The notes under the pieces are model-generated. The model did not search any database. It was given only the letters and a program-made list of their open reading frames with translations, and was not told the DNA's origin. 64,000 bases of DNA. Origin: Phycisphaerae bacterium (GTDB lineage Bacteria; Planctomycetota; Phycisphaerae; UBA1845; Fen-1342). The translations under genes were made by a program, and so were the position numbers. Location: assembly GCA_050115495.1 (NCBI GenBank), contig JASFQK010000023.1, positions 31,291-95,290 on the forward strand, read 5' to 3'. Every line of letters starts with the position of its first letter. Positions within the stretch are counted from its first letter, which is position 1. This document shows positions 31,166 through 39,953 of the stretch, in pieces.

Positions 31166-32053
31166 ATGCTGACCGACAACATCCTGGACCTGATCGGAAA
31201 TTCGCCTTTGTTGAAGCTCAATGGCGAGCGGATCTACGCGAAGGCGGAGTTTCTGAACCCCGGGGGCAGCGTCAAGGACCGCGTGGCCCGGGCCCTGATC
31301 GAGGGGGCCGAGCGGCGCGGGGAGCTCAAGCCGGACTCGGTCATCGTCGAGCCGACTTCGGGCAACACGGGCATCGGCCTGGCGCTGGTCGGGCGGCAGA
31401 AGGGCTACCGCGTGCGGATCGTCATGCCCGAGGGGATGAGCGTCGAACGGAAGAAGCTCATCCTTGCGCTCGGGGCCGAGCTGGTGCAGACGCCCGATCG
31501 CGAGTCGATCCCCGGCGCCGTGGCTCGCGCCCGGCAGATCGCCGCCGACGATCCCCGTGTCTACATGCCCGACCAGTTCGGGAATCCGGACAACCCGCGG
31601 GCCCACTACGAAGAGACGGCACCGGAGCTGTGGCGGCAGATGACGGGCAACATCGATTGCTTCGTGGCCGGTGTGGGCAGCGGTGGGACGTTGCAGGGCG
31701 TGGGTCGCTTCCTCAAGGAGCGGCGGCCTGGCGTGAAGATCATCGCCGTCGAACCAAAGAACGTGGCGGCTCTGCTCGGCCACGAGCCCGGCCTGCACCA
31801 GATCCAGGGTATCGGCGACGGGTTCATCCCGGCGGTGCTGGACGTCTCGCTCGTCGATGACGTCGTGGAGGTGACCGACGAGGACGCGATCGAGACGACG
31901 CGGCAGCTCGGCGCCAACAACGGTTTGCTGGTCGGGATCTCGTCGGGGGCGAACGTCTGGGCGGCGCGACAACTCAAGGACAGGTTCCGCGGCAACATCG
32001 CCACCGTGCTGCCGGACCGTGCCGAGCGGTATTTCAGCACGGCGCTGCTGTAG
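31166..32053 (+). CDS. cysK: Cysteine synthase (CysK/CysM family, PLP)
   Basis: KAEFLNPGGSVKDR, EPTSGNTG, GVGSGGT, IQGIG, LPDRAERY. Confidence 0.9.
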   Translation: MLTDNILDLIGNSPLLKLNGERIYAKAEFLNPGGSVKDRVARALIEGAERRGELKPDSVIVEPTSGNTGIGLALVGRQKGYRVRIVMPEGMSVERKKLILALGAELVQTPDRESIPGAVARARQIAADDPRVYMPDQFGNPDNPRAHYEETAPELWRQMTGNIDCFVAGVGSGGTLQGVGRFLKERRPGVKIIAVEPKNVAALLGHEPGLHQIQGIGDGFIPAVLDVSLVDDVVEVTDEDAIETTRQLGANNGLLVGISSGANVWAARQLKDRFRGNIATVLPDRAERYFSTALL

Positions 32054-32196
32054 CGCGGCTCCCGCCGCCGATCATGTGTTGAATCCCGCGGGCGGCATCC
32101 ACTAAGATTGAGACTGGCGTATCAGGCGAGCCGCCGGCGGCCATGGGGCCGGCCGGCCGTATCTGGGTTCGTCTGTCGACACCGGAGGAGAAGAGG

Positions 32197-34296
32197 ATGA
32201 CGGCGAAGGGGTTGTGTATTGCGCTGCTGGCGGTGTGGGGGACGGGGTTGGCCGGCGCGCAGATCATCCGGGTGGACGACGATGCGCCGGCGGGTGGCGA
32301 CGGAAGCAGTTGGACGACGGCGTTTCGGTGCCTCCAGGATGCAATCGCCGTCGCCGGCACGGGGACGGAGATTCGCGTGGCCGGGGGGCGGTACTTCCCG
32401 GATCGCGACGAGGTCGGGGAGATCACGCCGGGTGATCGGTCGGCGTCGTTCATGCTGAGGGCGCACGTGGCGGTGCGGGGTGGCTATGCGGGTCTGGCCG
32501 ATCCGGAGCATCCGGACGTGCGGAACCTGTCGCTATACGAGTCGATCCTCAGCGGCGATCTCGCTGAGGATGACGAGCCCGGCTTTGTGAACGATGCGGA
32601 GAACAGCCGGCACGTGGTCTATGGCCCGGGCGTGTCGTCGACGGCGGTGCTGGACGGGGTGACCATCACGGGGGGCAACGCCGACGGCGAGGGGGATGCG
32701 TCCGAGGGCGGCGGAATGCGTCTGGACGGCGCGCAGCCCACGCTCGTGGATTGCCTGTTCACGGCCAATCGCTGCGCCCGCAATGGTGGCGGATTGGCCG
32801 CCGAGTCGAGCAGTCCGGCGATGACCCGCTGCCGTTTTGTGGGCAACGAGTCCGGCGAGGATGGCGGCGGGGCCTGGCTCTATTACTACAGCAGCCCGAC
32901 GATCACGGATTGCACGTTTGAGGACAACCGGGCGAATGACTACACCGGCGGCGGGCTGGTCTGCCACAACAATTGCCACCCGCGGATTGAGGGCTGCACG
33001 TTTCGGCGGAACTGGACGTGGGGGCACGGCAGCGCCATCTACTGTTACTGGAGCTACCCCACCATCATCGAGTGCACTATCGTCGGCAACTCGGGCGCAT
33101 CGGCCATCTCCTGCTGGAATCACAGTGATCCGACGATCACGCGGTGTGTTCTGGCTGGCAACGACAACGACGCCTACGGCGGGGCCCTGCTGTGCTCCAA
33201 CGGCCAGCCCACGCTGAGCGATTGCCTGATCACCGGCAACCGGTCCGCCGGCTATGGCGGCGGCGTGTACTGCTCCAGTTCGAGCGACGTGAACATCACG
33301 AGTTGCCGGATCGTCGGTAACCGATCGATCGATTTCCAGGCCGACGGGGCGGGGCTGGCCTCTGACCGCAGCTCGCTTACGGTGCACAACTCGGTGCTCT
33401 CCGGCAACGTCGCCGAGGAGTACGGTGGCGCGTTGTGGGCGCGGAGCGAAGCGACCCTGACCCTGAGCCTTTGCACACTGGCGGACAACAGCGCCGCCGC
33501 CGGGAGGACCCTGGGCTGCGACTCGTACGAGCAGAGTGAGCCGAGCACGATCCACTTCACGAGCTGCATCATCTGGAACGGCGGCGATGAGGCCTGGAAC
33601 AACGACGCTTCGACGATCAACGTGAACTACAGCGCCGTGACCGGCGGCTGGTCGGGCACGGGCAACACCGGCGACGATCCGCTCCTGGTCGACGGCGGCA
33701 GCGGCACGTGGACCGCGGTGGCCTTCGATGAAGCGACGTGCCAGATCACCTTCACCGACGCGGGTGCGGCCTGGACGCCCGGGGCGCTCGTCAACCAGCG
33801 GGTCAACCCGGATCTGTCGCAGGGGCTGCACTTCGTGGCCATTGCCAACACGGCGACTACGATCACGACGTGGGCCGATGCGGCCACGATCATCGGCGGC
33901 TGGCCGTCGGTGACGGTCGGCGACGCGTACGCGTTGTACGAGGATCGCCTTAGCGGCGGCTCGCCCTGCGTGGATGCGGGCGATCCGGCGTACGTCGCGG
34001 CCTCGGGTGAACTCGACCTCGACGGTGAGCTGCGTGTCTGGGACGGCGATGGCGACGACACCGCCCGCGTGGACATGGGCGCCGACGAGTACGGCTCGTT
34101 CCGGCTGGGCGATATGGCGTGCGACGGGCTGGTTAACAACTTCGACATCCGCCCGTTCGTGCTGGCGATCACTGATCCGGAGGCGTACGCGGAGGCGTAT
34201 CCGGACTGCGACTACATGTTGGGCGACCTCACCGGCGATGGCCTGGTGAACAACTTCGATATCAGTCCGTTCATCCGGCGGATCACGCAGCCGTAG
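32197..34296 (+). CDS. Secreted right-handed parallel beta-helix protein with C-terminal dockerin-like module
   Basis: Signal peptide; GDGSSWTTAF; repeated FxxN...GGG turns; SPCVDAG, DMGADEY; duplicated GDxxxDGxVNNFDI. Confidence 0.88.
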   Translation: MTAKGLCIALLAVWGTGLAGAQIIRVDDDAPAGGDGSSWTTAFRCLQDAIAVAGTGTEIRVAGGRYFPDRDEVGEITPGDRSASFMLRAHVAVRGGYAGLADPEHPDVRNLSLYESILSGDLAEDDEPGFVNDAENSRHVVYGPGVSSTAVLDGVTITGGNADGEGDASEGGGMRLDGAQPTLVDCLFTANRCARNGGGLAAESSSPAMTRCRFVGNESGEDGGGAWLYYYSSPTITDCTFEDNRANDYTGGGLVCHNNCHPRIEGCTFRRNWTWGHGSAIYCYWSYPTIIECTIVGNSGASAISCWNHSDPTITRCVLAGNDNDAYGGALLCSNGQPTLSDCLITGNRSAGYGGGVYCSSSSDVNITSCRIVGNRSIDFQADGAGLASDRSSLTVHNSVLSGNVAEEYGGALWARSEATLTLSLCTLADNSAAAGRTLGCDSYEQSEPSTIHFTSCIIWNGGDEAWNNDASTINVNYSAVTGGWSGTGNTGDDPLLVDGGSGTWTAVAFDEATCQITFTDAGAAWTPGALVNQRVNPDLSQGLHFVAIANTATTITTWADAATIIGGWPSVTVGDAYALYEDRLSGGSPCVDAGDPAYVAASGELDLDGELRVWDGDGDDTARVDMGADEYGSFRLGDMACDGLVNNFDIRPFVLAITDPEAYAEAYPDCDYMLGDLTGDGLVNNFDISPFIRRITQP

Positions 34297-34380
34297 ACGC
34301 TGCGCCGGCCCGGAGGCCGGTCATCCGTACCGGGCGGGCGCGGTGTGCCGCGGGATGGCGGGCGACCCTGAGGTGCTGCG

Positions 34381-35715
34381 ATGCACACGCAGAACCGGCT
34401 GCTTTGCGGCGTGGCTGCCCTGGTGTTGCTGGCGGCCGCCCCCGGTACGAACGCTACGTGGTCCATCGTCATCGCCGACACGGCGACGGAAGAGGTTGCC
34501 GTCGGCACCGTGACGTGCCTGAACGACTTCGACCTGCTGGCCCTGGTGCCTGTGGTGGTCGTCGGAAAGGGCGCCGCGGCGTGCCAGGCGTCGGGTGATT
34601 TTGACGGCGTGCGCCGGCCGATCCTCTTTGCCCATCTGGCCGCCGGCACGCCGCCGGCGGAGATCCTCGAACTGCTCGCCCAGGTGACCGGTCACCAGTC
34701 GCGGCAATACGGGATCGCCGACACGCAGGGTCGCACGGTGACCTTCACCGGCAGCGGTGCCTCGCAGTGGAAAGGCGGCCTGACCGGGCAGAGCGGCACG
34801 ATGGTCTACGCCGTGCAGGGCAACGTGCTGACCGGCGCTTGCGTTGTGGAGGACATAGAGGAAGCCCTGCTGACCACGCCGGGCGACCTGCCGGACAAGC
34901 TGATGGCGGCGATGCAGGCGGCCCGCGCCGCCGGCGGGGATGGGCGCTGCTCCTGCTCAGTCAGCCAGCCGACGCGGTGCGGTTGTCCGCCATCGTCGTT
35001 CACGAAGTCGGGGCACATCGGCGGGATGATCGTGGCCCGCCTGGGCGACATGGACGATCCGGTTTGCGACATCAACGGCTGCACCGATGGCGACTACTTC
35101 ATGCGGCTCAACGTCGCCCACCAGCCGGGCTACCGGCCCGACCCCGTGTTGCGCCTCCAGGAGAAGTTCGACGACTGGCGGGCTGACCAGGTCGGCCGGC
35201 CCGACGCGGTGCATTCGCAGGCGGCGATCGGCCCGCTGCCCATCCTCCCCGACGGCGCCTCGGTCACCACGCTGACCATCACGCTGCTGGACTGGCAGGA
35301 TCTGCCGATCACGGCCGACCCCATCAGCCTCACCGTTACGCACGCCGCCGACAGCGCCGGCTTGTCGACGATCGGCGATGTGACCGACCTGGGCGGCGGC
35401 ACGTACACCGTGACGCTGACCGCGGGAACGCACGCCGGCATCGACCGGTTCCTCGTGACGGCGGATGACGGCGTGCGGCCGGTGATTCTGCTGCCGCAGT
35501 CGGTGCTGCAGTACTTCGCCTTCGGTGACGTGAACTGCGACGGGCGGGTGAACAACTTCGATATCCGTTCATTCGTCCAGGCGATGACCGATCCGGAGGC
35601 ATACGCCGTGGATCACCCGGACTGCAACGTCATGCTTGGCGACTGCAATGGTGACGGCGCGGTCAACCAGTTGGATATCCACGGGTTCGTGCACCTTCTG
35701 CTGGCGGGATCGTAG
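34381..35715 (+). CDS. Secreted DUF1028-like (Ntn-hydrolase-like) protein with Ig-like and dockerin-like domains
   Basis: Signal peptide then TWSIVIAD; RQYGIAD, VQGNVLTG, GGDGRC; GGGTYTVTLTAG; GDVNCDGRVNNFDI. Confidence 0.85.
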   Translation: MHTQNRLLCGVAALVLLAAAPGTNATWSIVIADTATEEVAVGTVTCLNDFDLLALVPVVVVGKGAAACQASGDFDGVRRPILFAHLAAGTPPAEILELLAQVTGHQSRQYGIADTQGRTVTFTGSGASQWKGGLTGQSGTMVYAVQGNVLTGACVVEDIEEALLTTPGDLPDKLMAAMQAARAAGGDGRCSCSVSQPTRCGCPPSSFTKSGHIGGMIVARLGDMDDPVCDINGCTDGDYFMRLNVAHQPGYRPDPVLRLQEKFDDWRADQVGRPDAVHSQAAIGPLPILPDGASVTTLTITLLDWQDLPITADPISLTVTHAADSAGLSTIGDVTDLGGGTYTVTLTAGTHAGIDRFLVTADDGVRPVILLPQSVLQYFAFGDVNCDGRVNNFDIRSFVQAMTDPEAYAVDHPDCNVMLGDCNGDGAVNQLDIHGFVHLLLAGS

Positions 35716-35718
35716 GCG

Positions 35719-36516
35719 CTAGGCGTAGGTGTCGAGGAACTGCGGCGTGGCGGGGGTGGTCGCGTAGGCGGCGCTGAGGCGCGGGGCGTCCAGCCGGCTC
35801 GAGCCGGTGTCGGCCGCATCCATGGACTTGCTCGTGGTGTCCGCCGAGGTGTCGGCGGGAGCGGCGCCGGTCTGTTCGGCGCGCTGGCTGTTGAGTTCGG
35901 CCCGGGCTTCCTGGATCAGGCGGGCTGCCTTGGCCGCGACGGCGCGATCCTGGGCCGAGGGCGTGGCCGGGGCAAGCGCGGCCGCCCGCACCGTTTCCAT
36001 CTTCTGAATCGTGGCCTCGGGATCGTCGGGTACCGACGACGTGTCGATGTGCACCTCGCCGGCCGTGGCGTATTTCTGCCCGTCGGGTCCGGTCGTGTAT
36101 TCGAAGCGGGCTCCGCCGATGGCGAAGGAGCCGGCGGCGGAGAGGTGCGCCTGCTCGTGCTGGCGGATCTCGGCGTCGGTTTGCTCGAGCTCGTCGACCT
36201 CCGCCTGCTCCTCTTCGGTGAGCGGCTGCTCACCGGCGGATTCCGGCGAACCCGTGCGGGACGAGCGGGCAGCGGCCTGATCTTCGGCGGCGAGCATCCG
36301 CCGGGCCGACGGGCTCAGCTCGACCGTGTCTTCCACCTCATCCCAGGGTGCCCGGGCCGACTCGGGCTGCGCCTCGTCCGGGCGCGTCCGCTGGTCTGAA
36401 CGGCGCTGGACGGCGTCGCTCGGGCGGATGGGCTCAAGCTCCGCGGCGGCGCGGGCCAGCAGGTAGCCCGCCCCCAGCGGGTTGGCAACACCTGACATGA
36501 GGCCGGCGATAGTCAT
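35719..36516 (-). CDS. SprA-related family protein
   Basis: HEQAH, GPDGQKYATAGEVHID, AALAPATPSAQD; GAGGAG RBS. Confidence 0.85.
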   Translation of the reverse strand: MTIAGLMSGVANPLGAGYLLARAAAELEPIRPSDAVQRRSDQRTRPDEAQPESARAPWDEVEDTVELSPSARRMLAAEDQAAARSSRTGSPESAGEQPLTEEEQAEVDELEQTDAEIRQHEQAHLSAAGSFAIGGARFEYTTGPDGQKYATAGEVHIDTSSVPDDPEATIQKMETVRAAALAPATPSAQDRAVAAKAARLIQEARAELNSQRAEQTGAAPADTSADTTSKSMDAADTGSSRLDAPRLSAAYATTPATPQFLDTYA

Positions 36517-36559
36517 ATACTCCTCAATCGAACGTCGCCCGCGACGGCGCGTCTCGGCA

Positions 36560-36587
36560 GCATCGGCTGGAGGAAAAAAGCAGTTCA
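36560..36587 (-). promoter_or_regulatory. Candidate sigma28-like promoter for the SprA-related gene
   Basis: TGAA-N16-GCCGATGC. Confidence 0.45.
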
Positions 36588-36715
36588 ATAAGAAAGCGTG
36601 GCCCGAGGACTTTGGTGTGGACTTTTGTTCGGCGGGAGGTCGCCAGGATGGGCCTTTGGCCCTATAATCCCGCCCGAGCGAGGAACGCCGGGGCCACGTA
36701 CACGGAGGTACGGTA

Positions 36716-37438
36716 ATGCCTTCCCAGGGATCATTCTGGCGGCGGATGGGCGCGTTGTTTCGCGGAGGCGGCGCGAGCCAAATGTCCGATAACGGACACG
36801 GGGGCACCAACGGACATAGCGACGGTTCGGCGGAGAGCGGAGCGCTGAGCCGCTGGCGGCGGCGCGAGCCGAGCGTCGCCCAGATGCGCGAAGGCTATCA
36901 CCGCGTCGTCGAACTGATGGACGCGCTCGAAGAGCATTTCCGCAAACAGGACGAGCGCAGCGCACGCCTCAGCGACTCGATGGAGCGCGTGGCGGGCACG
37001 CTGGGCCAGCTCGAGCAGGTGCAGCGCGTCGAGCAGGGTCACGTGCAGACCATCGCCGACCAGGTCGCGAACGTGGGCGAGCATGCGGCGTCGATCTCGG
37101 CGTCGTTGGCGCAGATGCCGAAGTCGATGCAGGTTCAGGCCGAGGCCGTGCGCACGATGCTCCAGCGGCTGGAGATCTCGCAGGAATCCGATACGCAGCT
37201 CATGCATTCGTTGCAGCAGCTCGGCCGCGCGGTGGACACGCTGGGCACGTCGGCCACGGTGCAGGTGCAGACGCTCGAACGGCTCAACAGCGCCGAACGC
37301 GAGCAGCACGCGGCGCTGACGACGTTCGTCCAGGAGCAGAGCCGGCGGTTCCTGCTGGTCATCATCGTGGCGACGGTTCTTGTCGTGGGGGCGCTGGGGG
37401 CACTGACCGTCGCGATCCTCATGCAGCTCGGCCGGTAG
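36716..37438 (+). CDS. Hypothetical coiled-coil protein with C-terminal membrane anchor
   Basis: GGAGG RBS, TATAAT at 36663; Q/E-rich helix then hydrophobic C-terminus. Confidence 0.75.
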   Translation: MPSQGSFWRRMGALFRGGGASQMSDNGHGGTNGHSDGSAESGALSRWRRREPSVAQMREGYHRVVELMDALEEHFRKQDERSARLSDSMERVAGTLGQLEQVQRVEQGHVQTIADQVANVGEHAASISASLAQMPKSMQVQAEAVRTMLQRLEISQESDTQLMHSLQQLGRAVDTLGTSATVQVQTLERLNSAEREQHAALTTFVQEQSRRFLLVIIVATVLVVGALGALTVAILMQLGR

Positions 37439-37447
37439 GTGATCGAC

Positions 37448-37663
37448 ATGGCGCAAGTCAGAGCCGAGCCGATGCGGCGGGGCGGGCGCAGTCGTCGCCG
37501 CTCCGCGACGTCCAAACGCTGGATGCCACTGTTGGCGATCGTGCTGGGGCTGCTGCTGACGGCGGCCCTGGGGCGGCTGGCAGCGGCGACGTGGTCGTTG
37601 CTCCAGGACGGTGCCCGCCGGGTGAGCCTCGCCTGTGTAGAGAACACGAACGAAGCAAGCTGA
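37448..37663 (+). CDS. Small hypothetical membrane protein
   Basis: AGGTG RBS; basic N-terminus plus one hydrophobic helix. Confidence 0.45.
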   Translation: MAQVRAEPMRRGGRSRRRSATSKRWMPLLAIVLGLLLTAALGRLAAATWSLLQDGARRVSLACVENTNEAS

Positions 37664-37682
37664 GAAGCGGGCGCGGGCGGTG

Positions 37683-39278
37683 CTACTGCTTCGCCGCCGG
37701 CGACCGGATTGTCTGCACCGCCAGGCCCTCGGCTTCGGCCCGGGCGAGGTACACGCGGACCACGAGCTCCTGTCCGGCGAAAGCCTTCGGCCAGGGCAGT
37801 GTTTTCTCGAACGTGCGCTCGTCGAGTTTCAGGGGGACCGTGTCCAGAACGAACTGATTGGCTTTCTCGTGGTTGGCGCGCAGGCGGGCCACCTGCTGCT
37901 CGACGGACAGGTCGGGCGTGGACGGCTGGAGGTCAGGCGGCTCGCTGGTGAGCGGGCGTTCGAGCGTGAGCTGACCGGCAGCGCCGGCGAGGGCTTCGGG
38001 CACTGAGCCCGTCACCGTCAGGCCGGCGTCGGTGGCCTTCACCGTCAGCGTAATCTCGTGCGTCATCGCCGGCAGACGCAACGCCGGATCGCCGAGGAGG
38101 ATAATCATTTCCTGGTGTTCGCGGCGTTGGATAGGCTCGGGGGTCGAGGGGTCGCCGTCGACGGCGTCGAGCGTGCGGTAGATGAACGGGTTGACGGGCG
38201 TTTCGGCCAGGGCGCGGCGCATGGCCAGCCAGAGCTCGCCGAGGCGCGGGGCGGCGGTGGCGTTGGGCAGGTTGGTCAGCAGGCCCTCGGTGGAGAGCAT
38301 GGCCATGTTCGCCCAGCAGATGTCCTGGTAGCCGATGACGGCAGCCGGGCCTCGCGGGTTGCGTATGGCGGTCAGGCCGTAGCTGGGGGCTCGCTTGCCA
38401 GTGAGCTGCGTGCCGTTGCAGCCGAACGTGAACAGCAGGCTGCCGTGCGGGCCGAAGTCGGTCTGCGCCCATTCGTTGCGATCGAAGGCGAGCCACAAGG
38501 TGCACGGCCAGAAGCCGTAGGCGTTGGAGTGGCCGATGTAGAGGATGAGGGCCGGACCGCGGCGGATGTACTCGATGGCCCGCGGCAGCAGCTCGTCGTC
38601 GGCCAGTGTGAAGCGGGATTGCGGATTCTGGTAGATGGCTTGGCCGGCCCATAGCGGATCGAGCTGGCCCAGGCGCGACATGGCCAGGTTCTCGACGACG
38701 CGGTCGACGATCGGGTTGTACGAGGGTGCTCCGGCCAGTAGCACGAACTCGCGCTTCCACGTACCGGGCCGCGACGTCGTCTCCCAGGCGACGGTCTTGC
38801 GCACCATCGCCGCGGCTTCGGCGACGTTGGCCGCCGGGAAGCGGCCGACCGGGACGCGGGCCAGGACCTCGCCGTCGTCGCAGCCGTAGCCGTTGTCGGT
38901 GTGCAGGCTGACCATGCGGGCGACCGTGCCGGGCAGGGCGGGCACGCAGCAGGGCGGCGGGGCCTCGGCGTCGGGTTCCTGCGGCACGCCGACGAGCAGG
39001 ACATAGCTGGCCTCGGGCCGCTGCTGCCAGATGGCGCGGACGCGGTCGCGCAGGGCGGTGGCCGTGTCGGCGTCGATCGTCGGCGGCGCTTCGAGCAGTG
39101 TCACCGCGAAACCCTGCTGCTCACGCAGGGCAACGAGCGGTTGCAGCGTCGCTCGCAGTTCCGGTGCGGTGACCACGATCCACTGTGGCGGATCCGGATC
39201 GCCGGCGACAGCGGGCGACAGAACGAGCGCCGCGAGCACAACCAGCAACAGAGGCAGCCAAACCAGCGTATTCTTCAC
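37683..39278 (-). CDS. Secreted peptidase C25 (gingipain-like) family protein
   Basis: Signal peptide; YVLLVG, TDNGY, VPVGRFPA, YIGHS (His), FGC (Cys), ILLGDPAL. Confidence 0.85.
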   Translation of the reverse strand: MKNTLVWLPLLLVVLAALVLSPAVAGDPDPPQWIVVTAPELRATLQPLVALREQQGFAVTLLEAPPTIDADTATALRDRVRAIWQQRPEASYVLLVGVPQEPDAEAPPPCCVPALPGTVARMVSLHTDNGYGCDDGEVLARVPVGRFPAANVAEAAAMVRKTVAWETTSRPGTWKREFVLLAGAPSYNPIVDRVVENLAMSRLGQLDPLWAGQAIYQNPQSRFTLADDELLPRAIEYIRRGPALILYIGHSNAYGFWPCTLWLAFDRNEWAQTDFGPHGSLLFTFGCNGTQLTGKRAPSYGLTAIRNPRGPAAVIGYQDICWANMAMLSTEGLLTNLPNATAAPRLGELWLAMRRALAETPVNPFIYRTLDAVDGDPSTPEPIQRREHQEMIILLGDPALRLPAMTHEITLTVKATDAGLTVTGSVPEALAGAAGQLTLERPLTSEPPDLQPSTPDLSVEQQVARLRANHEKANQFVLDTVPLKLDERTFEKTLPWPKAFAGQELVVRVYLARAEAEGLAVQTIRSPAAKQ

Positions 39279-39454
39279 GTCGGGTCCCCTTCTCTTTCGC
39301 CGGCGAAGGCAGCGGGAGCCCTCATCGCCGTTGATCGGCACAGCGTACCGTCGGTGACGCTGGATGAGAAGCAGGCGGTTCGGGTGGCGGCGGCTACAAT
39401 CCCGAGGTTGGGCGCGGTGCCCGGGCCGGCGAGCACAACACGGAGTATTCGCTC

Positions 39455-39763
39455 ATGGCGACCAAGACGGTTTCCTGCGCCAAGCTGGGCAAGACACTGC
39501 CCGGCCTCGACGAATCAACGCCCGCCGGCAGTCAGGCGCTGCGCATGTGCCTGCTCTTCGGCGGCAAGGAGCTGGCCGAGCGCGTGAAGGAGCATGTCTC
39601 GGCCGAGGCGTGGGGCATGTGGGCCGATCATATGCGCATGGTCATCAACGAGTTCCGGCTCGACCCGACGTCGGACGAGTCGAACGCGGTGTTGCGGCAG
39701 CATATGGAGGCGTTCTTCTTCGGGGAGCAGCAGAACCTGCCGGGTTACGTTCCGCAGGAATAA
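39455..39763 (+). CDS. yggX: Fe(II)-trafficking / oxidative damage protection protein
   Basis: TVSCAKL...GLD, SAEAWGMW, MVINEFRLD, MEAFFFG...GYVP. Confidence 0.85.
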   Translation: MATKTVSCAKLGKTLPGLDESTPAGSQALRMCLLFGGKELAERVKEHVSAEAWGMWADHMRMVINEFRLDPTSDESNAVLRQHMEAFFFGEQQNLPGYVPQE

Positions 39764-39775
39764 GCGCAGCGCCGG

Positions 39776-39804
39776 GTGCCACTGGTGGCTTGTCCACCAG
39801 TGCC
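39776..39804. repeat. REP-like palindrome, copy 1
   Basis: GTGCCACTGGTGGCTTGTCCACCAGTGCC; inverted copy at 53462-53490 differs by 3 loop nt. Confidence 0.75.
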
Positions 39805-39826
39805 GGATGTCTTCTCCGACCGACGA

Positions 39827-39933
39827 CCGACGCGGAGGTCGGCTGCTACGTTGCGGGTCGCGCGTTCCTCGACGATCGACGTTGGCCACGGGGGGCCAAC
39901 GCTACGACGGCCGACGCGGAGGTCGGCCGCTAC
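39827..39933 (-). repeat. Three tandem GTAG-type REP-like hairpins
   Basis: Minus strand: GTAGCAGCCGACCTCCGCGTCGG, GTAGCGTTGGCCCCCCGTGGCCAACG, GTAGCGGCCGACCTCCGCGTCGGCCG. Confidence 0.7.
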
Positions 39934-39953
39934 GGCGTGCGGTCACGCGCCGA

